In this document: positions 57,133-64,000 of the stretch, one piece after another
Layout of the letters: every line of letters starts with the position of its first letter
How positions within the stretch are numbered: position 1 is the stretch's first letter
Assembly (NCBI GenBank): GCA_964645525.1
Contig: CAZYBF010000003.1
Coordinates: 141-64,140 of the forward strand
Reading direction: 5' to 3'
DNA: 64,000 nucleotides
Source of the DNA: an uncultured Beijerinckia sp.
GTDB taxonomy: Bacteria > Pseudomonadota > Alphaproteobacteria > Rhizobiales > Beijerinckiaceae
Translations under genes and position numbers: made by a program
Notes under the pieces: generated by a model
The model's input: only the letters and a program-made list of their open reading frames with translations
The model's database searches: none
What the model was told of the DNA's origin: nothing

Positions 57133-57182
57133 GGCGGGAGATAATCACGCAGCGCGCGCAGAGTCCATGGCCTCCCGCCCTC

Positions 57183-58442
57183 TCACCGCGCGGGCGCGAC
57201 GGCGTCCAATATTCTTGCAAGCTCGGCCGGGTCTTGCGGAAAGTCGGCCTCCGCCCACGCCGCCTCAAGCCGCTTCAAGGCCGCGCCCATGGCGGGCCCC
57301 CGCGGCACGCCACGCGCGATCAGATCGGCGCCGGAGAAAGGCGTGGCGAAAGGCGCGCTCGCGCGCGCCGCGCTCACGGCCTGCGCCCACAAGCCGGCGG
57401 AATCCTGGGCGCGGCTTTCCGCGCAGGCGAGCGCCAGCGCGTCCGCGGACGCCTGCGGCCCGTGCGCGTGGATGAGCCGGCGCAGGGCGCGCGCATCGGG
57501 CGGCGCCTCGCGTCCATGCAGGACGACGAGCGCGCGGGCGGCGCGCGCGAGACGCTCGCTTTCAGCGTTGGACAGGCGCAGACGTTCGCGCAGGCGCTGC
57601 GCGTCCTCCTCCACCTGCACGGCGAGCGCGGCGAGCCGCAACACCGCGTCAGGCGCAGCGCCGCAGGCCGCCTCCAGCCGCTTCACCTGCGCAAGCCGCG
57701 CCGGGTTCGGCGCGCCGGCGAGCACGGGAGCGAGCACGCCCGCCTCGCTCATCGCACGGCACACTTCGCTCGCCCGCCGCGCGACGAGAAGCTTGATCAA
57801 TTCAGCGCGCACGCGCTCGCGCGACAGCGCGGCGAGGCCGTCACGCGCGGCGATGGAAGCGTGCAGCGCCTCCTCGTCCATCTCGCCCTCGCCATAGGCC
57901 GCATGGAAGCGGAAGAAGCGCAGCACGCGCAGATAATCCTCCGCGATGCGCGTCGCCGCGTCGCCGATGAAGCGCACGCGCCGGCGCGCGACGTCGGCGA
58001 GCCCGCCCACATGGTCATGCAGCGCGCCCTGCGCGTCCACGAACAGGGCGTTCATGGTGAAATCGCGCCGCAACGCATCCATGCGGAAATCGCGCCCGAA
58101 GCGCACCGTCGCATGGCGCCCGTGGGTCTCCACGTCCTCGCGCAGCGTCGTGACCTCGAAGGGCTCGCCCTCGACGACGATCGTGACCGTGCCGTGTTCG
58201 ACGCCGGTGGGCACGCATTTGAAGCCGGCCGCGGCCGCGCGCTCCATCGTGCGTTGCGGCGCCATGGTGGTGGCGAGATCCACCTCGCGCACAGGCTCGC
58301 CCAGCAGCGCGTTGCGCACCGCGCCGCCGACGATGCGCGTCTCCTCGCCGGCGCCGTTGAGCGCGTCCATCACCGCGCGCAGGCGCGGCTCGCGCAGGAA
58401 AGGCGCATCCGCCAGCGCGCCGTCGATCACCCGCGCGCTCAC
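57183..58442 (-). CDS. cca: CCA tRNA nucleotidyltransferase
   Basis: VGGAVRN, EVDLAT, EVTTLRED, RRDFTMNA, EDYLRVLRFFRF. Confidence 0.93.
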   Translation of the reverse strand: MSARVIDGALADAPFLREPRLRAVMDALNGAGEETRIVGGAVRNALLGEPVREVDLATTMAPQRTMERAAAAGFKCVPTGVEHGTVTIVVEGEPFEVTTLREDVETHGRHATVRFGRDFRMDALRRDFTMNALFVDAQGALHDHVGGLADVARRRVRFIGDAATRIAEDYLRVLRFFRFHAAYGEGEMDEEALHASIAARDGLAALSRERVRAELIKLLVARRASEVCRAMSEAGVLAPVLAGAPNPARLAQVKRLEAACGAAPDAVLRLAALAVQVEEDAQRLRERLRLSNAESERLARAARALVVLHGREAPPDARALRRLIHAHGPQASADALALACAESRAQDSAGLWAQAVSAARASAPFATPFSGADLIARGVPRGPAMGAALKRLEAAWAEADFPQDPAELARILDAVAPAR

Positions 58443-59092
58443 AGATAGAGCCTTTCATAAAGATTGCGCACCATGCCCGCGGTCGCGCCCCAGATGTAAC
58501 GCTCGCCAAAGGGCATGGCGTAGAACGTGCGCAGGCGTCCGCCCCGCTCGCGCTCGACGATGGCGTGGTTCTCCGGCGACATCAGGAAGGAGAGCGGCGC
58601 CTCGAAAGCGTCCGCCACCTCCAGCGCGCACAGGCGCTGCTCGAACGGGCGTTCGACCACGGCCACCACGGGCACGATGCGATAGCCCGTGCCGGTCTGA
58701 TAGGCGTCGAGGAAGCCCAGCGGCCGCACAGCCTCGGGCGGCAGGCCGATCTCCTCCTCCGCCTCCCGCAAGGCGGTGGCGAGCGGGCTTTCGTCGCCCG
58801 CCTCCATGCGCCCGCCGGGAAAGGCGATCTGCCCCGCATGAGCGCGCAGCCCGCTCGCCCGCTCGATGAACAGGAGCCGCGCGCCCTCCGGCCCCGGAAC
58901 GGCGGCCACCAGCACTGCCGCCGGCTTGGGCGCGGCCGCGTCCGGAGTGGGCGTCAGGCCGGGGTCGAGCGAGTGGTCGCCCAGACCCGGCGCGCCGGCG
59001 CAAAGCGCCTCGGCGGGAAGGTCAAGGCGAAGCCGCGCATGCGCGCGGGCGGCGAAATCCTGCAGCGAGAAAGCGTCCGGGGATCGGCTCAC
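58439..59092 (-). CDS. Nudix CoA pyrophosphatase
   Basis: AAVLV, HAGQIAFPGG, ALREAEEEIGL, IWGATAG; GTG at 59092 overlaps the upstream stop. Confidence 0.92.
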   Translation of the reverse strand: MSRSPDAFSLQDFAARAHARLRLDLPAEALCAGAPGLGDHSLDPGLTPTPDAAAPKPAAVLVAAVPGPEGARLLFIERASGLRAHAGQIAFPGGRMEAGDESPLATALREAEEEIGLPPEAVRPLGFLDAYQTGTGYRIVPVVAVVERPFEQRLCALEVADAFEAPLSFLMSPENHAIVERERGGRLRTFYAMPFGERYIWGATAGMVRNLYERLYL

Positions 59093-59661
59093 GGCGATGG
59101 CTCCAGCGCCCCGGCGTCGGCCATGGGGAAAAACGCGCCCCCCGAGGCGACGCCGAACAAGGTCCGGCCCTCCACCTCGCGCACCTCGCCGGCTTCCGCA
59201 AGCGCGACCGCCAGCGCCCGGCTCACCCGCGCCCACAATTCGTCGCGCACGCGCACATAGGGCTTCAGCCCCTCCGCCGCGCCAGTCTCGAAGCGCAGTC
59301 CGTGCTCAGGCCCCACGACGATCTCCTCGTCCAGATTGGTGCGCATGACGATGCGCCGCCCGACGCCCTCGCCCTCCAGACGCATGTCGCGGACCACGAA
59401 GGGGGCGTCCGCCACCTCCACGGGCGACATTTCGACCGGAGTGACAAGAAAATGGCCGTCCGGGTCCTTGCGCAGGAGCGCCGCGAACAGCTTGACTGTC
59501 TTGGGCCGGGCGATTTCACGCCCCTCATGCAGCCAGCGGCCCTCGGAATCGATGCGCAGGCCGATGTCGCGCCGCACGGAGGGGTTCCACAGGCGCACGG
59601 GCGCCGGCCCCTCGCCGGGGATCCATTTGCGCGCCGCCTGCTCCAAATCCGCGTCCGCCAT
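59089..59661 (-). CDS. DUF1285 family protein
   Basis: PVRLWNP, GRWLHEG, LVTPVE, DAPF, RTNLDE, KPYVRVR; usual position divergent from moxR. Confidence 0.88.
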   Translation of the reverse strand: MADADLEQAARKWIPGEGPAPVRLWNPSVRRDIGLRIDSEGRWLHEGREIARPKTVKLFAALLRKDPDGHFLVTPVEMSPVEVADAPFVVRDMRLEGEGVGRRIVMRTNLDEEIVVGPEHGLRFETGAAEGLKPYVRVRDELWARVSRALAVALAEAGEVREVEGRTLFGVASGGAFFPMADAGALEPSP

Positions 59662-59712
59662 AATCGCAACATAACCTGCGGCCAGCTTTTTCGCCGCGCG
59701 CCCGGCGAAACG

Positions 59713-59732
59713 CCCCGGAAAGCTTTCCGGGG
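59713..59732. repeat. Perfect 20-bp palindrome
   Basis: CCCCGGAAAGCTTTCCGGGG equals its own reverse complement. Confidence 0.95.
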
Positions 59733-59871
59733 AATGTGGAGCCCTGCGCATCGACAAGCGCGCGCCGGCCTCTAAACTGGCCTTGAGAGACATGCGCGCC
59801 CCCGGGAGCATACCGGGCGCGCGGGCGAACGGGAACTGCGTCCCGCCAAAGGCGCAGCAGTGGAGGTCCGC

Positions 59872-60879
59872 ATGAGCGCGGTTGAGGATTTTGCGACGGC
59901 GAGCGATGCGGACGTGCGGCGGATCGCGGAAAGCGCGATGGAGAAGGCCGGCGCGGCCCGCGCGGCTGTGGGCCAGGTCATTTTCGGCCAGTCGCAGGTG
60001 GTGGAGGAAACGCTCGTCACGCTTCTGGCGGGCGGCCACGGCCTGCTCGTGGGCGTGCCGGGCCTCGCCAAAACCAAGCTCGTCGAGACGCTGGGCGCCG
60101 TGCTGGGGCTCGACGCGCGCCGCGTGCAGTTCACGCCCGACCTGATGCCCTCCGACATTCTCGGCTCGGAGATCATGGAGGAGAGCGGCGAAGGAAAGCG
60201 CGCCTTCCGCTTCGTGCGCGGGCCGATCTTCGCGCAATTGCTGATGGCCGACGAGATCAACCGCGCGAGCCCGCGCACGCAATCGGCGCTGCTGCAATCC
60301 ATGCAGGAGCATCACGTCACCGTGGCGGGCGAACGCCATGACCTGCCCCAGCCCTTCCATGTGCTCGCGACCCAGAACCCGCTGGAGCAGGAAGGCACCT
60401 ATCCGCTGCCGGAAGCGCAGCTCGACCGCTTCCTGATGCAGATCGACGTCGTCTATCCCGACCGCGCGGCGGAGCGGCGCATCCTGATCGAGACGACCGG
60501 CGACCGACAGAGCGCGCCACGGCAGGCGATGACCGCCGCCGACCTGATGGAGATCCAGCGCTTCGTGCGGCGCATGCCCGTGGGCGACAGCGTCGTGGAC
60601 GGCATTCTCGATCTCGTGCGCGCCGCCCGCCCCGGCGAAGGCGACCCGGAGATCACGCGCCATGTGACATGGGGCCCCGGCCCGCGCGCCGCGCAGGCGC
60701 TCATGCTGGCGAGCCGCGCGCGCGCGCTCATCGACGGGCGCCTCTCGCCCTCGCTCGACGACGTGGCGGCGCTCGCGCTGCCTGTCCTCAAGCACCGCAT
60801 GGCGCTGACCTTCGCCGCGCGCGCAGAAGGCGAGACCATCGCCGGACTCGTCGCCCGCCTCGTCCAGCGTCTCGACTGA
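59872..60879 (+). CDS. moxR: MoxR family AAA+ ATPase
   Basis: GVPGLAKT, QFTPDLMPSD, DEINRASPRTQSALL, ATQNPLEQEGTYPLPEAQLDRF. Confidence 0.96.
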   Translation: MSAVEDFATASDADVRRIAESAMEKAGAARAAVGQVIFGQSQVVEETLVTLLAGGHGLLVGVPGLAKTKLVETLGAVLGLDARRVQFTPDLMPSDILGSEIMEESGEGKRAFRFVRGPIFAQLLMADEINRASPRTQSALLQSMQEHHVTVAGERHDLPQPFHVLATQNPLEQEGTYPLPEAQLDRFLMQIDVVYPDRAAERRILIETTGDRQSAPRQAMTAADLMEIQRFVRRMPVGDSVVDGILDLVRAARPGEGDPEITRHVTWGPGPRAAQALMLASRARALIDGRLSPSLDDVAALALPVLKHRMALTFAARAEGETIAGLVARLVQRLD

Positions 60880-60893
60880 TAAAGGCACATCCC

Positions 60894-61817
60894 ATGGCGG
60901 ACGCCCGGCTCCTTGACCAAGGCGAACGCGCCGTCGGCGTCGCGCACAGCCATGGCGCGCTGGAGCTGGCGCGCCGCCTGCCGAGCCTCGTCGTCGCGGC
61001 GAAGGACGTCGCCGCCACCGCCATTCATGGCGTGCATGGACGCCGGCGCGCGGGCGTGGGCGAGACGTTCTGGCAGTTCCGTCCCTTCGTCTGGGGCGAG
61101 CCGACGACGCGCATCGACTGGCGGCGCTCCGCGCGCGACGACCGCGTCTATGTGCGCGAGCGCGAATGGGAGTCCGCGCATACGATCTGGATCTGGATCG
61201 ATCGTTCGCCCTCCATGGCCTATGTGTCGAACCTCGCGCTGCAATCGAAACTCGACCGCGCCCTCGTGCTGGGCCTCGCCGCCGCCGACCTTCTGGTGCG
61301 CGGGGGCGAACGCGTTGGCTTTCCCGGCCTGCTGCGCCCGCTGGCCGCGCGCAACGTCGTCGATCGCGCCGCCGAGGCGATGATGCGCGCCGCGCTCGAT
61401 GACGAGCCGGAGGAATTGCCGCCCGCCGAGGCGCTCGCCCCGCGCGCGCAGGCGCTTCTGATCGGCGACTTCCTCAGCGAGCCTGCGCAGATCGAGCGCG
61501 TGATCCACGCGATGGCGAGCCGCGGCGCCTTCGGCCATGTGGCGATGATCGCCGATCCGATCGAGGAGACATTCCCCTTCAGCGGCCACATGGAGCTGCG
61601 CGACGTGGACAGCGACGCGCGCCTGCGGCTGGGAGAGGCTGCGAGCGTGCGCGCCGATTACGTCGCGCGCCTGGCGGCCCATCGCGAGCGCGTGCGCGCC
61701 GCCTGCGCCTCGCGCGGATGGAGCTTCATGATCCACCGCACCGACAGGCCGACCTCGGAGGCGCTGCTGACCTTGCGCATGCGCCTTGAAAGCGCCGGAG
61801 CGGGAGGCGTGGGCTGA
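60894..61817 (+). CDS. DUF58 domain protein
   Basis: GVHGRRRAGVGETFWQFR, IDWRRSAR, REREWE, DRSPSM, GDF. Confidence 0.92.
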   Translation: MADARLLDQGERAVGVAHSHGALELARRLPSLVVAAKDVAATAIHGVHGRRRAGVGETFWQFRPFVWGEPTTRIDWRRSARDDRVYVREREWESAHTIWIWIDRSPSMAYVSNLALQSKLDRALVLGLAAADLLVRGGERVGFPGLLRPLAARNVVDRAAEAMMRAALDDEPEELPPAEALAPRAQALLIGDFLSEPAQIERVIHAMASRGAFGHVAMIADPIEETFPFSGHMELRDVDSDARLRLGEAASVRADYVARLAAHRERVRAACASRGWSFMIHRTDRPTSEALLTLRMRLESAGAGGVG

Positions 61818-64000
61818 TGCTGGGCCTGCCGCTCGCCTTCACCGCGCCCCTCGTGCTCGTCGCGCTCGCGCTGCTGCCCGCGCTGTGGCGGCTGTTGCGC
61901 GTGACCCCGCCGCGTCCGCGCCAGATGGCCTTTCCGCCGCTGCGCCTCATCCTCGACGTCGAGCCGCGCGAGCAAACTCCGGCGCGCACGCCCCTGTGGC
62001 TGCTGCTCATGCGCATGGCGCTCGTCGCCGCGCTGATCCTCGCCATGGCCGGCCCGATCTGGAACCCGCCCGCGAAAGGCCTTGCGGGCAAGGGCCCGCT
62101 GCTTGTCGTGATCGACAACGGATGGCCTGCGGCGATCGACTGGGAGCGGCGCGTCGCGCTCGCCGGCGAAGCGCTCGCAGGCGCCGCGCGCGAAGGACGC
62201 ACCGGCGCGATCCTCGCCACATCGGAAGGCGCGCGCGACGTGACGACCGCCGACCCGAGCCGTCTCGTCGAACGGCTGCGCGCGATCAAGCCTGTCTCCT
62301 ATGCGCCTGAACGGCTCGCGAGCCTCGCGCCGATCCGCAAGTTCGCCGCCGCCCATCCCGATCTCGACGTGCTGTGGATCGCCGACGGCATGGCGATGAA
62401 CGAGGCCGCCGCCTTCGCCGAAGGATTGAAGGACGCCGCGCGCGCAGGCGGCCTGCGCGTGACGAGCGCGCCGCGCACGCCCGCCGCGATCGTGCAGGCG
62501 AGCCATGGCGCTGGCGGGCTCGAGGCCCAGCTCGCACGCGCTGACGCGCGCGCGCGCGCGGACGGCGTGTTGCGCGCCTACGACTTGAAGGGCCTGCTGA
62601 TGGGCGAGGCGCGCTTCGCCTTCGGGCCGGAGCGCGCGACGACGGCCCGCCTCGACCTGCCGACGGAATTGCGCAACGAAATCGCGCGGCTCGAAATCGA
62701 CGGCGAGCGCACGGCGGGCGCGGTGGCGCTGCTCGACTCGCGCTGGAAGCGCCGGCGCGTCGCCATCGTCTCCGGCGCGCCCGCCGACCTCGCCCAGCCG
62801 CTGCTGTCGCCCACCTATTACGTGACGCGCGCGCTCGCGCCTTTCGCGGAAGTGCGCGAGACGCGCGTTGCGGGCGACCGCGATCCCATTCTCGCAGCGC
62901 TCGAAGAACGCCCCTCCCTCGTGGCGCTCGCCGACGTGGGCGTGCTGTCGGGCCCCGCAAAAGAGCGGCTCACGCGTTTCGTTGAGGAAGGCGGCGTGCT
63001 CCTGCGCTTCGCCGGCCCACGGCTTGCGGCCGCGGCGGACGATCTCACGCCGGTGCGCCTGCGCCGCGGCGGACGCGTGCTGGGCGGCGCGCTGTCGTGG
63101 GAGACGCCGCGCAAACTTGCGCCCTTCGATCCCGCCTCGCCCTTCCATGGGCTGTCGGCGAACGCGGAAGTGACCGTCACGCGGCAAGTTCTCGCGGAGC
63201 CGGAGGCGGGCCTTTCCGGCAAGACATGGGCGGCGCTTGAAGACGGCACGCCGCTCGTCACCGGTGCGCGGCGCGGAAAGGGCCTCGTGGCGCTGGTGCA
63301 TGTGACGGCCGACGCCACATGGTCGAACCTGCCGCTCTCAGGCCTGTTCGTGGACATGCTCCGGCGCACGCTCGCCCTCTCGGCGGAAAGCGCGGAGGGC
63401 GCAGCCGGCGGCACGGCGAACGAACCCGCAGCGCGCGCGCAGACGCTCGCGCCTACGCGCACGCTCGACGGATTCGGCAATCTGGGCGAACCGCCTGCGA
63501 CCGCGCGCCCGGTTCCCGCAGGTTTCGCAGGGCTCGCCTCAAGCGACCATCCCGCAGGCTATTACGGGCCTGCGGAATCGATGATCGCGGTCAACGCGCT
63601 CGACGCGCGCGTGGACCTTTCGCCGGCCGATTACGCAGCGTTCGGCCTCGCCGAACAGCCCCTGCGCGCGAATGAGCCCACCGATCTGCGCCTGCCTCTG
63701 ATGCTGCTCGCCTTCGCGCTTCTTCTGGCCGACGCGCTCGCCACGCTCCATCTGAACGGCGGGTTGCGCTGGCGGCGCGCACAGGCGCGCGGCGGAGCGC
63801 CGCTCGCGCAGGGCGCCGCCAGAACGCGCGCGCCGCTCGTCGCATTCGCCGCGCTCGCGCTCATCGCCTCCCTCGCGGCGCAAAACGCGCAAGCCCAGTC
63901 CGTGCAAGCCCAGCCCGCGCCACGGCCGCAAACGAACACTCAAGCGAACCCTCAAGCGGGCGGGCAGCCGGCGCGCGATTTCGACTCCGCTCTGCGCACG
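61817..64000 (+). CDS. BatA N-terminal domain / DUF4159-type membrane protein (3' end outside window)
   Basis: ATG overlapping upstream TGA: MLGLPLAFTAPLVL...LLRVTPPRPR..FPP...TP.WLLL.R; later LRRGGR.LGGALSWE and WSNLPLSGLFVDML. Confidence 0.88.
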   Translation, partial: MLGLPLAFTAPLVLVALALLPALWRLLRVTPPRPRQMAFPPLRLILDVEPREQTPARTPLWLLLMRMALVAALILAMAGPIWNPPAKGLAGKGPLLVVIDNGWPAAIDWERRVALAGEALAGAAREGRTGAILATSEGARDVTTADPSRLVERLRAIKPVSYAPERLASLAPIRKFAAAHPDLDVLWIADGMAMNEAAAFAEGLKDAARAGGLRVTSAPRTPAAIVQASHGAGGLEAQLARADARARADGVLRAYDLKGLLMGEARFAFGPERATTARLDLPTELRNEIARLEIDGERTAGAVALLDSRWKRRRVAIVSGAPADLAQPLLSPTYYVTRALAPFAEVRETRVAGDRDPILAALEERPSLVALADVGVLSGPAKERLTRFVEEGGVLLRFAGPRLAAAADDLTPVRLRRGGRVLGGALSWETPRKLAPFDPASPFHGLSANAEVTVTRQVLAEPEAGLSGKTWAALEDGTPLVTGARRGKGLVALVHVTADATWSNLPLSGLFVDMLRRTLALSAESAEGAAGGTANEPAARAQTLAPTRTLDGFGNLGEPPATARPVPAGFAGLASSDHPAGYYGPAESMIAVNALDARVDLSPADYAAFGLAEQPLRANEPTDLRLPLMLLAFALLLADALATLHLNGGLRWRRAQARGGAPLAQGAARTRAPLVAFAALALIASLAAQNAQAQSVQAQPAPRPQTNTQANPQAGGQPARDFDSALRT

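Noticed and set aside
57145-57168. 7-codon minus-strand ORF MDSARAA as a leader peptide
   Set aside because: SD-to-ATG spacing is only 2 nt and there are no regulatory codon runs.
59872-64000. moxR-DUF58-BatA-like operon as a novel system
   Set aside because: Poorly characterised but a widely conserved alphaproteobacterial arrangement; nothing unusual is visible in the part shown.

Overview
A GC-rich alphaproteobacterial chromosome segment (Rhizobiales/Hyphomicrobiales-like, judged from ccrM, the carB-greA...trxB-lsrB/vtlR synteny and a GAAC-N7-GAAC SOS box). It is mostly housekeeping genes: dnaG (partial), yqeY, carA, lgt, midA-like, pgeF, ubiK, proC, uvrC, prs, rplY, pth, petABC, trmL, carB, greA, trxB, vtlR/lsrB, msrP, mtnP, apt, ychF, uvrB, ccrM, rnhB, moaB, rlmD-like, tlyA, prfC, RNase T2, rlmJ, an Omp25/RopB-type protein, CCA-adding enzyme, a Nudix hydrolase and a moxR-DUF58-BatA-like operon (partial). 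I saw no tRNA/rRNA, IS, prophage or CRISPR array. The most interesting signals are: (1) a Tat-signal-bearing SAM-dependent methyltransferase followed by an APC/LAT-type permease and a small DMT transporter, a candidate periplasmic methylation system; (2) an unannotated ~124-nt AbcR-like sRNA with its own LysR box, promoter and terminator directly after vtlR/lsrB; (3) an attenuator-like leader upstream of carB and a second promoter-hairpin-terminator RNA upstream of an orphan Rieske oxygenase; (4) an orphan Tad minor-pilin cassette whose TadG-like protein carries two tandem beta-rich domains instead of a vWA domain; (5) an apparent in-frame deletion in trxB; (6) many short 12-23 bp tandem duplications. 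All calls come from reading the sequence and recalling family motifs; no searches were run.
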